From: Gemmatimonadaceae bacterium
GTDB lineage: Bacteria > Gemmatimonadota > Gemmatimonadetes > Gemmatimonadales > Gemmatimonadaceae
Reading direction: 5' to 3'
NCBI GenBank assembly: GCA_044224875.1
Contig: JBGAJQ010000080.1
Span: 1 to 21,796, forward strand
DNA: 21,796 bases
The number at the start of each line of letters is the position of its first letter. Position 1 is the stretch's first letter. Positions 8,714 to 17,668 of this stretch are shown one piece after another. The position numbers were made by a program, and so were the translations under genes. Below the pieces are notes generated by a model. The model was not told the DNA's origin, did not search any database, and was given only the letters and a program-made list of their open reading frames with translations.

Positions 8714-9976
8714 ATGCGACTCGCATTTCGAATAGCGACCACATGGGCCGCCGGGGTCATCCTGGTCTCGCCCGTGAAGTCGCAGGTACCGTCAGATAGC
8801 ACGATTCGGCGACAACAACGGGCGCTCGACTCACTCGCGGTGGAGATCCGCGTGTTGACGGCGCGGATTGCGGCGTTGGAGGCGAAACGAGCGGGCGGGG
8901 ACACTACGGTGGTGGACGAGCTGGCCGCGCTTCGTGCGGCCGCTGCGGCTGCAACCAGCGACACGACAGGCGCCGCGCGACCAACGCAAGCCCGACTCGG
9001 TCAAAATGCGCTGAATCCGGAAATCTCTGCGACTGGAGATCTGCGCATGTACGGGCGGCGCCCAGGACCCCAGACGGACACTTTCTCGCCACGTGAGTTC
9101 GAGGTGGCATTTCAGTCGGCGCTGGATCCATTCTCCACAGCCAAGATCTTCCTGTCTGTGGAAGAGGGTCAGGTGTCGCTGGAGGAAGGTTACGCGTACT
9201 TCACGTCACTTCCCGCGCACCTGCGGTTGGACGTAGGTCAGTTTCGACAGCAGGTCGGGGAATTGAATCGCTGGCACCTGCATGCGCTCCCCGAGGATGA
9301 GTACCCACTGGTGGTGCGCCGGTTTGCGGGTGAGGAAGGCTTGGTTGCGCCCGGTATTTCCGCCTACTGGCCCCTCCCGTTTTCTGGCAAGGCGGGAACG
9401 TATGAGCTGACGGTGCAGGCGACCAGCGGCACGAACGACGTGCTGTTCCTGGGGGGGCGCCGTCCCGCCTACAACACGCAACTCGCAGGTTTCTGGCAGT
9501 TGAGCCGGGCGACGTATGCCCAGCTGAGCGCCAGTGGCATGTACGGGACCAACCCGGACTCAGGTCTCACCACACGACTGGGGGTTGCCGCGGGTCGTTT
9601 TACCTGGCGGCCGCCGCAGGAAGGACAGGCCCGGGAGCTCACCCTGCGCAGCGAAGTGTGGTTTCTACGCCGCGAATGGGACCAGGGCTCGCTCGGCTCC
9701 TTCGACAAGACTCGTGTGGGCGGGTACGCCGACGGCAGCTGGAAGCTCAACCGCCGATGGACCGCGAGTGTTCGAGGTGACTACGTCCAATCGCCGGATC
9801 CGGGGCCGTTGGCCCACGAGTGGGCGGTCACGCCGACCCTCACGTTCTGGCAGAGCGAATTCGTTTACTTGCGTGGACTCTATGAGCGTTCGCGCGACCT
9901 TGCCCGCACCAGCCGCGACCGCTTCACCTTGCAGGTCGTCTTCGCGATGGGCCCACACAAACACGAGCTCTTCTGA
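8714..9976 (+). CDS. Outer-membrane beta-barrel (porin-like) protein associated with a ZnuA-type metal transporter
   Basis: Likely start ATG 8714 (AAGG upstream). Signal peptide, then coiled coil (QQRALDSLAVEIRVLTARIAALEAKR), LNPEIS, EVAFQSALDP, EEGYAY, G.LNRWHLH, alternating amphipathic strands, and C-terminal LQVVFAMGPHKHELF ending in Phe. TGATG overlap with the next gene. Confidence 0.75.
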   Translation: MRLAFRIATTWAAGVILVSPVKSQVPSDSTIRRQQRALDSLAVEIRVLTARIAALEAKRAGGDTTVVDELAALRAAAAAATSDTTGAARPTQARLGQNALNPEISATGDLRMYGRRPGPQTDTFSPREFEVAFQSALDPFSTAKIFLSVEEGQVSLEEGYAYFTSLPAHLRLDVGQFRQQVGELNRWHLHALPEDEYPLVVRRFAGEEGLVAPGISAYWPLPFSGKAGTYELTVQATSGTNDVLFLGGRRPAYNTQLAGFWQLSRATYAQLSASGMYGTNPDSGLTTRLGVAAGRFTWRPPQEGQARELTLRSEVWFLRREWDQGSLGSFDKTRVGGYADGSWKLNRRWTASVRGDYVQSPDPGPLAHEWAVTPTLTFWQSEFVYLRGLYERSRDLARTSRDRFTLQVVFAMGPHKHELF

Positions 9977-11010
9977 TGATGATCCCGTTCTTCCTGTTCC
10001 TGATCACGGCGACACCGACACCTCGGCCGCCAGTTGCACCTGTGAAGGTGGTGACGTCACTGACCACGTACGCATCGATCGCTCGCGAGATCACCGGCGA
10101 CCGCGCGACGGTTTCCTCGATCGCCGAGGGGGATGAAGACCCCCATTTCGTGCAGCCGCGCCCGAGCTTTGTGCCGCTGCAGCGCGATTCCGACCTGTTT
10201 GTCACCACGGGCATGGACCTCGAACTCTGGGTCCCAGCGCTGCTCGATCGTGCAGGGAATGGTAAGGTTCGAGAGGGCGGGCCTGGGTATGTGGCGGCGT
10301 TCAAGGGCATCAGTTTGTTGGAGGTGCCCACGTCGCTATCGCGCGCGCAAGGCGACATTCACGTGGACGGCAATCCGCACATCCACAGTGATCCCATCAA
10401 TGCCATCATCATCGCCCGCAATATCCTGGACGGCCTCAAGCGAGCGTCACCGGCCAACGCCGAGTTCTTCACGACTCGCGAGAAGGACTTCGAGGATCGC
10501 GTGCTCAAGGCGACGTTTGGCGACGAGATCGTGCGCATTGTGACCCCAGCGTCCCTGTTTGATCTGGCGAGGTCCGGCAAGGTGATGGCGTTTCTCCAGA
10601 GCCCGTACCAGGGAAAGCCCTTGATGGCGCGGTTGGGTGGGTGGATGCAGCAAGCGATGCCATTTCGCGGCAAGGACATGGTGTGCTACCACAAGGAGTG
10701 GGCCTACTTCAGCAATCGGTACGGCGTCAATTGTGTCGAGTACATCGAGGCCAAGCCGGGGATTCCCCCGACACCGCGGCACGTGCAGGAGGTGATTGCC
10801 CTGATGCGTGACAAGAAGATTTCCGTCCTCTTCGCATCGAACTACTTCGATCACAACCAGATCAAGGACGTCGCGGCGCGGACGGGGGCGGTGGCCGTCA
10901 TCGTGCCAGAAAACACGCACGGAGCCCCATCGGTGGAGACGTACTTCGACCTCATGAACCTGTGGGTTTCTGAACTGGCCAAGGGCTTTGCCACGGCGGT
11001 GACCAAATGA
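9976..11010 (+). CDS. Metal ABC transporter substrate-binding protein (cluster A-I, ZnuA/TroA-like)
   Basis: VKVVTS, EDPHFV, GMDLE.W, GDIH..GNPHIHSDP, YHKEWAYF, IE.KPGIPPTPRH. Start overlaps the barrel gene stop. Confidence 0.92.
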   Translation: MMIPFFLFLITATPTPRPPVAPVKVVTSLTTYASIAREITGDRATVSSIAEGDEDPHFVQPRPSFVPLQRDSDLFVTTGMDLELWVPALLDRAGNGKVREGGPGYVAAFKGISLLEVPTSLSRAQGDIHVDGNPHIHSDPINAIIIARNILDGLKRASPANAEFFTTREKDFEDRVLKATFGDEIVRIVTPASLFDLARSGKVMAFLQSPYQGKPLMARLGGWMQQAMPFRGKDMVCYHKEWAYFSNRYGVNCVEYIEAKPGIPPTPRHVQEVIALMRDKKISVLFASNYFDHNQIKDVAARTGAVAVIVPENTHGAPSVETYFDLMNLWVSELAKGFATAVTK

Positions 11011-11840
11011 GCGGCATCGAGCTGATGTTGCCACCGTTCGTCGCCTGCATGATCCTGGTGGCGATCCATTCGTACCTGGGCCTGCACGTGATCGCGCGCG
11101 AGGTCATCTTCGTGGACCTGTCGCTCGCCCAGATGGCGGCGTTAGGCACCACGACGGGGTTGTTGGTGGGTATTGCCCCCGGGTCCGGGACCGCCCAGCT
11201 CTTCGCCCTGGCCTTTGTCGTGATCGGCGCGGCCATGTTCGCGGCGACACGAACGCGGGAGAAGGGACGAGTCCCGCAGGAAGCCATCATCGGCATTGTG
11301 TATGTCGTGGCTTCCGCCGCGGCATTGCTGGTGGCGGACAAGGCGCCCCGTGGTGCCGACGCCATCAAGGACGTCCTGGTAGGGACGATCCTGTGGGTCA
11401 CCTGGCCCGCCATCGCCAAGTTGGCCGCAGCCTATGCGGCGTTAGGTGTCATCCTCTTTGTGCTGCGCAAGCGATTCGAGACCATCTCGTTCGACGAAGC
11501 GGCGGCCGCCGCCAAGGGGTGGCGTCTTCGGTGGTGGGACTTCTGGTTCTACTGCATCTTCGGCATCGTCATCACGTTCTCCGTCCCGCTCGGCGGCGTT
11601 TTGCTGGTCTTCAGTTTTCTCGTGGTGCCCGCCGTAACGGCGTTCCTGTTCACCCGGAATCCCATTCGCCTGACGATTATCGCGTTCTGCACCGGCGCGG
11701 TGGCATCGGCGCTCGGACTCTGGTTGTCGTACCAGAGTGACTTGCCAACCGGCCCAACGATTGTGTGCAGCTACAGTCTGGTGCTCGCGCTCGCCGGGCT
11801 CGCGCGCAAGCTCGTGCCGAGCATGGCGGAGGCGTCATGA
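11007..11840 (+). CDS. Metal ABC transporter permease (ABC-3, ZnuB/MntB-like)
   Basis: Multi-TM protein with YLGLHVIAREVIFVDLSLAQMAALG, EAIIGIVY, LVG.ILWV, GVLLVFSFLVVPA, SYQSDLPTGPTIV. ATGA overlap with the binding protein. Confidence 0.92.
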   Translation: MSGIELMLPPFVACMILVAIHSYLGLHVIAREVIFVDLSLAQMAALGTTTGLLVGIAPGSGTAQLFALAFVVIGAAMFAATRTREKGRVPQEAIIGIVYVVASAAALLVADKAPRGADAIKDVLVGTILWVTWPAIAKLAAAYAALGVILFVLRKRFETISFDEAAAAAKGWRLRWWDFWFYCIFGIVITFSVPLGGVLLVFSFLVVPAVTAFLFTRNPIRLTIIAFCTGAVASALGLWLSYQSDLPTGPTIVCSYSLVLALAGLARKLVPSMAEAS

Positions 11841-11844
11841 CGGG

Positions 11845-12750
11845 CTAGCGCCCGTCTTCGAACTTCCGCAGCATCTTCAGCATCCGGCGATCATTGCGGA
11901 TGGGGTCGTCGCCCTTGGGCGTCTCGATCACCTTCGGGATCGCGCGTAGCCGCTCGTCCGTCATGATGCGGCGAAACGCGTCGGCACCAATGTACCCCTG
12001 ACCAATCAGTTCATGCCGGTCGCGTCGCGAGCCTAACGGCACTTTCGAGTCGTTCAGGTGCATCATGCCCAGGCGGTGGAACCCGAGGACGTCCCCAAAG
12101 TGGCGCCACACGCCATCGAAGTCGTTCGTCAGGTCGTAGCCGGCCGCAAACACGTGGGCAGTGTCCACGCAAACGCCCACCCGATCTCTCGCCGCAGTCG
12201 GAATGGCGTCCAGCAGGATCGCCATCTCCTCGAACGACGCACCGAGTGCCGTTCCGCTCCCGGCCGTCATCTCCATCAGGAGTCGCGTGGGCCCGGGTGC
12301 ACACTCGAGCGCGATGCCGATCGCCTCGGCATTCCTCGCCAAGCCAGACGCCCGGTCATCCATGTAATTCCCGGGGTGCGACACCAGGTAGTCGAGGCCG
12401 AGGGCGTGGCACCGTCGCAGCTCGGACACAAAGGAGATCAGCGAACGAGTCCACAGGACGTGGTCCGGTGACGCCAGGTTGATCAGGTAACTGTCGTGGG
12501 CATTCGTAGCCCCAACGGCGCTCGCGCGCAGTCCATCTCGAAAGGCGGCACGCTCCAATTCGGGGATCGCAGGCTCGCGCCACTGATTGGACGTCTTGGT
12601 GAAGATCTGCATGGCCGTCGCCCCGATCGCTGCGGCACGGGGCAGGGAAGACGACACGCCACCCGCGGTGCTCACATGTGCCCCCAAGGGGGAACGACCT
12701 GATGCCGAGCCGGTCGTGGACGGCACCACGGCCTTCCCCTGGCGTGCCAC
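11845..12750 (-). CDS. nfo: Endonuclease IV (AP endonuclease family 2)
   Basis: LGAHVSTAGG, QIFTK, HDSYLINLAS, HPG, EMTAGSGT, CVDTAHVFAAGYD, HLNDSK..GSRRDRH, IETP. Start set to GTG 12750, which overlaps the upstream TAG. Confidence 0.95.
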   Translation of the reverse strand: MARQGKAVVPSTTGSASGRSPLGAHVSTAGGVSSSLPRAAAIGATAMQIFTKTSNQWREPAIPELERAAFRDGLRASAVGATNAHDSYLINLASPDHVLWTRSLISFVSELRRCHALGLDYLVSHPGNYMDDRASGLARNAEAIGIALECAPGPTRLLMEMTAGSGTALGASFEEMAILLDAIPTAARDRVGVCVDTAHVFAAGYDLTNDFDGVWRHFGDVLGFHRLGMMHLNDSKVPLGSRRDRHELIGQGYIGADAFRRIMTDERLRAIPKVIETPKGDDPIRNDRRMLKMLRKFEDGR

Positions 12751-13964
12751 TATGGGCGTCCCGCCCCTTGCGCTTGCAGCCACGTCAGCGGGTCGGTGGC
12801 ACGCCCCTTGGGACGTATCTCGAAGTGGAGGTGTGGGTCCATGTCTGGATCGGATTGTCCCACCGTTCCGACGACCTGACCCTTGATCACTTTCTGCCCC
12901 TTCCTCACGTTCAAGCTGCCTAACGACCCATAGACCGAGTAGTCGCCACCGCCGTGCTGAACGATGACCGTGGACCCGTACGTACCGATAGGTTCAGCGA
13001 CGACGACCTCGCCGGCGGCAATGGCCTTGACGCCGGTGCCGGCGGCCGCCCGAATGCCGATGCCATTCCAACGGATGGTGGTATTGTTCGGATTGACCAG
13101 CCGGCCAAAGCGATAAATGATCTCGCCATCGACCGGCCAGTTGAGCTTGCCGAAATCGCTGGTCTTGATTGAGCTGACGGTTGGGGCGGGTGCGTTGGGC
13201 GCTGCTTCCGCCTTGCGCCGGGTGTCCTCGAGGGCCGCAATCACGTTGGTAAGCCGCGCTTCGTCCTTCGCAATCCGCTGCAGGCGTTCCTCCACCTGCT
13301 GGGCGGAGGCCCTCGCTTGCATCAGCGAGGCCTGGCGCGTCCCCACCAGCCCCTGCAGCCGTCGTTCCTCCAGCACCTTCTCCTGACGGTTGCGCTGGAG
13401 TTCGTCCTGCAAGCGCACAAGCAACTGCCGCTGGCCGTCAATGTTCCGGTAGAGCTGCTGCACACGCCCCACCATCGCGCGGTCGCGAAGCGCCAGCTCG
13501 TGGAGGTATTTGTAGCGGGCCACCAGTTCGCCGAACGACTGCGCCGCCAGCAGGGCCTCCGTCGTGTACAGCGGCCCTCTCTTGTAGATGTCCACCACGC
13601 GGCGATGCAGGGCGGCGTTCTTCAGTTCCAGTTCGTGCTGCGCATTGGCCACGCGGGAGTTGGCCGAGTCGACCTCGGAGGAGATCGACGCCAGCTGCGC
13701 GTTTAGTGAACGCACAAGCCGAGCGGTGGCTTCGGCCTGTCGTCGCGTGGTCGTGACTTCGTCCGACAGGTCATGCACGCGCCCCTGCAACTCTTCGCGC
13801 CGTCTGGTGAGTTCGTCGCGTTCACGGCGAATGCGATCCAGTTCCTCCCGTTGCGCGCGCAGTCGTTGCTCAGCGCTGCTTTGCGCATGGAGCACGCTTC
13901 CGCACATGGCCGTCGCCAAGGCAAGGTGCGCGGCGAGGGACACCGCGCGGGACCGCCCAACCAT
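12750..13964 (-). CDS. envC: EnvC-like murein hydrolase activator (coiled coil + M23/LytM domain)
   Basis: Signal peptide, long coiled coil, then WPVDGEII..FG, WNGIGI, YG..VIVQHGGG..SVYG.L, PHLHFEIR. Directly follows ftsEX. Confidence 0.85.
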   Translation of the reverse strand: MVGRSRAVSLAAHLALATAMCGSVLHAQSSAEQRLRAQREELDRIRRERDELTRRREELQGRVHDLSDEVTTTRRQAEATARLVRSLNAQLASISSEVDSANSRVANAQHELELKNAALHRRVVDIYKRGPLYTTEALLAAQSFGELVARYKYLHELALRDRAMVGRVQQLYRNIDGQRQLLVRLQDELQRNRQEKVLEERRLQGLVGTRQASLMQARASAQQVEERLQRIAKDEARLTNVIAALEDTRRKAEAAPNAPAPTVSSIKTSDFGKLNWPVDGEIIYRFGRLVNPNNTTIRWNGIGIRAAAGTGVKAIAAGEVVVAEPIGTYGSTVIVQHGGGDYSVYGSLGSLNVRKGQKVIKGQVVGTVGQSDPDMDPHLHFEIRPKGRATDPLTWLQAQGAGRP

Positions 13965-14815
13965 CAGCGCACCAACCGAAGGTGCCGCGAGACCGACGCG
14001 GCGCTCCCCAACAGTCCGATCAGGGCGCCACCGATCAGCCCAAGCGATGCCAGACGGGCGTCGAAAAATTCGGTCTTGATGAATGTCTGGGAAATGACCG
14101 TGGATGCCAACCAGGTGAAGAAGAGCGCCAGCAGTCCACCGATCACACCCTTCAGGAACCCATCGATCAGGAACGGACGTCGAATGAAGGCGTCCGTCGC
14201 ACCCACCAACCGCATGATTGAGATCTCGCGGGCGCGAGCCAGCACGGCCATGCGTATGGTGGCGCCGATGATGATGACGCTTACCGCCGCGAACGCGAGG
14301 CCTAACGCGATGCCCGCCACCGTGGCGACCGTGCGTATGCGATAGAGTTTACTCACCCACTCTTCACCGAACCGCACGTCGTCGATGAACGTGAACGCCT
14401 GCAGTCGATCGACGACGCTCTTGACGGAGGTCGGGTCGCGCGACCCCTCGCGCAGGCGGATGTCGATTGATCCCGGGAGGAAGCCGGCGTCGAACACGTC
14501 CTTGAACTCACCCAGTTCGCGTCGCGCGCGCACCAGCGCTTGCTCCGGCGAGACGTATTCCACCCGCTCGACTTCCTTGTAGGTGGCAATGCCCTCCATC
14601 GCGCGGCCCACCTCGTCCACAGAGGTCCCCTCGGCTATGAACCCGCGGATTTCCACACGCGATTCAATGTCTCGCAGCGCCGAGCGAATGTTGATGGCAA
14701 CCAGCGAAAAGAGCCCGAACGCAAAGAGCGAGAAGGCAATGGTGGTGATGCTCAGGATGCTGAGCAGGGGCGCGCGCCGAAAACCCAAGAACACCTCGCG
14801 CATGGCCAGTCTCAC
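13964..14815 (-). CDS. ftsX: Cell-division ABC permease FtsX
   Basis: N-terminal TM, periplasmic loop with YVSPEQAL, and IRMAVLARAREISIMRLVGATDAFIRRPFLIDG signature. GTGA overlap with ftsE. Confidence 0.95.
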   Translation of the reverse strand: MRLAMREVFLGFRRAPLLSILSITTIAFSLFAFGLFSLVAINIRSALRDIESRVEIRGFIAEGTSVDEVGRAMEGIATYKEVERVEYVSPEQALVRARRELGEFKDVFDAGFLPGSIDIRLREGSRDPTSVKSVVDRLQAFTFIDDVRFGEEWVSKLYRIRTVATVAGIALGLAFAAVSVIIIGATIRMAVLARAREISIMRLVGATDAFIRRPFLIDGFLKGVIGGLLALFFTWLASTVISQTFIKTEFFDARLASLGLIGGALIGLLGSAASVSRHLRLVR

Positions 14816-15507
14816 TTGGCCTCCTCCGGCGCTGCCTTCTTCTCTTCGGCCGAGTCAAACGCCAGTTGGCCGCGGTTGATCTCGAGGATGCGGAGGTCGG
14901 CCCGACGCACCAAGTCCAGGTTGTGCGTAGCCATCACCACGGCGGTCCCCAGTGCGTTGATGTCGCGGAGCAGCTGGAAGACACCCCGCGTCGCGCGTTC
15001 GTCCAGGTTGCCGGTCGGTTCGTCGGCGATCAGCAGCATGGGATCGTTGACCAACGCTCGCGCAATGGCGACGCGCTGCTGCTCGCCACCGCTTAACTCA
15101 CGCGGATACGACGTGGCCTTCGACGCCAGCCCCACCTGCGTCAACAACCGGCCCACTTTCGATGCCGCTTTTTCAGGAGGGGAGCCCAGCACCTCGAGGG
15201 CAAACATCACGTTCGACTCGACGGTGCGATCCTCCAGCAGCCGAAAATCCTGAAACACCACACCGAGCTTTCGTCGCAGCTGCGGCACGTCCCGTCGTTT
15301 GACCTGGCTGGAGCGGGCTCCCGCCAGCCACACATCCCCGCGCGTCGGGAATTCCTCGAGATAGAGGAGCTTCAGGATCGTGCTCTTGCCCGCGCCACTC
15401 GGTCCGGTCAGAAACACGAACTCGCCCTTCTGGACGCTGAACGAAACATTGTTCAGCGCCAACCCGGTGCGAGGGTATTCCTTGTAGACGTTGGCGAAAC
15501 GGATCAC
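14812..15507 (-). CDS. ftsE: Cell-division ABC ATPase FtsE
   Basis: FLTGPSGAGKST, LRRKLGVVFQDFRLL, LSGGEQQRVAIARA, ADEPTGNLD, MATHN. Adjacent to ftsX. Confidence 0.96.
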   Translation of the reverse strand: MIRFANVYKEYPRTGLALNNVSFSVQKGEFVFLTGPSGAGKSTILKLLYLEEFPTRGDVWLAGARSSQVKRRDVPQLRRKLGVVFQDFRLLEDRTVESNVMFALEVLGSPPEKAASKVGRLLTQVGLASKATSYPRELSGGEQQRVAIARALVNDPMLLIADEPTGNLDERATRGVFQLLRDINALGTAVVMATHNLDLVRRADLRILEINRGQLAFDSAEEKKAAPEEAK

Positions 15508-15637
15508 AGGGGAATGTCTCTGAGGGCGTTCACGGCCCGCAATTTAGACGACTGAGGCGCCCAAACGCATTGGACCCGGCGCTGGCGACGCGTCGGCGCC
15601 TCCCCCGGCCTCGTTTTTCCCGCGACAGCGCCGGCGA

Positions 15638-16804
15638 TCAGCGCGGGCCGTGGAGGGCCTGGTCCAGGTCCGCTATCAGGTCGTCCGGACTCTCGATCCC
15701 AACGCTCACGCGCACGAAGCCGTCCGGGATTCCCACGTCCTGGCGTTCCTCGGCGGTCATGTGCGCGTGCGAGGTGAAGCGTGGTTCGCACGCGAGGCTT
15801 TCTACGCCACCCAAGCTGGACGCATGCGTGACGACGCGCACACGCGACAGCAGCCGCTCGGCCGCCGGGCCGCCGCCCTTCAGCTCAAACGCGAGCATGC
15901 CGCCAAACCCGTGCATGGTAGTCTTGGCGGTCTCGTGATCCGGGTGCGACTCGAGGCCCGGATAGTGGACGCGGGCAACCTCTGGTTGCTCCTTGAGCCA
16001 TGTGGCGAGCCGCAAGGCGTTCTCGTTCTGCCGATGGACGCGGACGTCCAACGTCTTGAGTCCGCGCTCCAACAGCCAGCAGGCAAACGGATCCGGGGCC
16101 TGGCCCCAGAGGATCATCTTTTGCCGTACTTCCTCCACATACGAGGCGGTTCCACACACCACGCCGCTGATGACGTCGTTGTGTCCATTGAGGTACTTGG
16201 TCGCGGAGTGGATGACGACGTCCGCGCCAAAGCGGACCGGCTGGAGGTTGACCGGTGAGGCGAAGGTGGAGTCGACCACCAACGCGAGCCCGACCTCGGC
16301 TGTGAGTGCCGAAATTGGACGCAGGTCGAGCACGCGGCAGGTCGGGTTGGTCGGCGTCTCCACGAAGATGGCGCGGGTTTCCTTTCGCAGGCGCTTGCGC
16401 CAGCCACGCGTTTCCATCGGGTCGACGAAGGTGACGTCGATGCCCATGCTGGGGAACTCGCTTTGGAAGTAGCGACGCACGCCGCCGTAAATCCACTTGC
16501 TGGCCAGCAGGTGATCGCCGGAGCGAAGGAGTGCCAGCAGGGCGCAGGCGGTGGCTCCCATTCCGGAGGAAAGGACGAGCGCCGCTTCGGTGCCCTCAAT
16601 CTCGGCGAGTCGCCGTTGGAGCAGCTCGGCGTTAGGCGCGTTCCCGTACCGTGGGTAGATCAACCCCTCGTCGGTCCCCGTGTGGAGCAGGTAGTTCGCC
16701 GACTGTGTGAGGGGCGTAACCACCGGTGCACCCGGTTCGCCACTCGTACGGCCACCGCGCAGGACCTGGGTGGCGAGGGAGAGGGATTCGGGGTGTTGAG
16801 GCAT
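15638..16804 (-). CDS. PLP-dependent Cys/Met metabolism enzyme (cystathionine gamma-synthase/lyase or methionine gamma-lyase family)
   Basis: YPRYGN.PN, SSGMGA, IYGG, ETPTNP, VDSTFASP, HSATKYLNGH (PLP lysine), SLGGVESL, RVSVGIE. The exact reaction cannot be assigned by eye. Confidence 0.92.
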   Translation of the reverse strand: MPQHPESLSLATQVLRGGRTSGEPGAPVVTPLTQSANYLLHTGTDEGLIYPRYGNAPNAELLQRRLAEIEGTEAALVLSSGMGATACALLALLRSGDHLLASKWIYGGVRRYFQSEFPSMGIDVTFVDPMETRGWRKRLRKETRAIFVETPTNPTCRVLDLRPISALTAEVGLALVVDSTFASPVNLQPVRFGADVVIHSATKYLNGHNDVISGVVCGTASYVEEVRQKMILWGQAPDPFACWLLERGLKTLDVRVHRQNENALRLATWLKEQPEVARVHYPGLESHPDHETAKTTMHGFGGMLAFELKGGGPAAERLLSRVRVVTHASSLGGVESLACEPRFTSHAHMTAEERQDVGIPDGFVRVSVGIESPDDLIADLDQALHGPR

Positions 16805-16817
16805 GCGTGTCTCTTCG

Positions 16818-17117
16818 TTAGGCGAACTGTCCGGAACGGCGGTCCAGCTCTGGCTTCACCAGCCGAACGATCTCCGATACGGTCACACCGGCGATGTCCC
16901 GCACCACGACGCCACCGCGCGGGACCTCGTCATCGATCGCCACGGTCGCCAGGTCGTGCCGGCGAGGGCCATACACCCATACGACTTCGCCATGGACGAG
17001 TTGACGCGTTTGGGCTTCGTCCTGCCGTAACCTCACCTGCGGCCCCCGCTCGGTATCGTCGCGCCGAGTCCCGATGAACCCAACGACCTGCAGCGGGGGG
17101 TTGAACTGTCGAATCAC
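16818..17117 (-). CDS. Small stand-alone protein resembling the molybdopterin-dinucleotide-binding / double-psi beta-barrel domain (99 aa)
   Basis: From GTG 17117 (GTGA overlap with the upstream gene): ...GPQVRLRQDEAQTRQLVHGEVVWVYGPRRHDLATVAIDDEVPRGGVVV..., matching the pattern P.V.m.p.dA..r.l..Gd.V.V...rg......v.v.d.v.pG.V. Only the last 99 aa of the track's 268-aa ORF look real. Confidence 0.7.
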   Translation of the reverse strand: MIRQFNPPLQVVGFIGTRRDDTERGPQVRLRQDEAQTRQLVHGEVVWVYGPRRHDLATVAIDDEVPRGGVVVRDIAGVTVSEIVRLVKPELDRRSGQFA

Positions 17118-17668
17118 AGGGCGAGTTGGAGCGCCAGGTAGTCGTTGGCCTCGCGCATCACCAAACGGCGCTCGCAAAGACCGTCGAGCGTGCGGGCGAG
17201 GTGATCGGGAGCCTCTCCCAACTCGGGCGCCAGGTCCGCGGCGCGCACCCGACCCCGTTTGTTCACGGCGTTGCAGGTGCGACGGAGCGTTTCTTCCAGG
17301 GGACCGACCACCCGCCACATGCCCTCGATGTCCTCCACGACCACGGCCACGCCATAGCGCTCGAGCACGGTCTCGATGGCTTCGAGGTGCGAATCGCCGA
17401 CGCCGCGCACCAGCACGTAGACCTCTCGTGGGGCGGGTCCGTTGTGGATCTTGTCGAGCAATTTGCCCACGACCTCGTCGGCGCATGAGAAGTCCATCAT
17501 GCCGACGGACGAGAAATCGATAATCGTTAGGCTTGGATCTGGCAGGTCGGCCAGCGCACTCTCGATCTCGCGCCGCACGGCGGCACCGGTCGATCGGGTG
17601 ACGAGATTGGAGTACAGGTCGCAAACGGTCCGGTGCAGGACCGACCCAACATCGATGTAGTGAATCAC
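17114..17668 (-). CDS. STAS-like (DUF4325-type) domain + C-terminal winged helix-turn-helix protein (184 aa)
   Basis: From GTG 17668 (GTGA overlap): LVTRSTGAAVR..IE, IIDFSSVGMMDFSCADEVVGKL (STAS-like), then VRAADLAPELG.....LARTLDGLCERRLVMRE (wHTH-like). Confidence 0.7.
   Translation of the reverse strand: MIHYIDVGSVLHRTVCDLYSNLVTRSTGAAVRREIESALADLPDPSLTIIDFSSVGMMDFSCADEVVGKLLDKIHNGPAPREVYVLVRGVGDSHLEAIETVLERYGVAVVVEDIEGMWRVVGPLEETLRRTCNAVNKRGRVRAADLAPELGEAPDHLARTLDGLCERRLVMREANDYLALQLAL

Noticed and set aside
8714..9976. Calling the barrel a TonB-dependent receptor
   Set aside because: About 420 aa is too short for a plug plus 22-strand barrel, and no TonB box or plug motif is evident.
14812..15507. 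ftsE as the missing ATPase of the metal ABC system
   Set aside because: It has FtsE-specific sequence (VVFQDFRLL, ADEPTGNLD), is coupled to ftsX and lies on the opposite strand.
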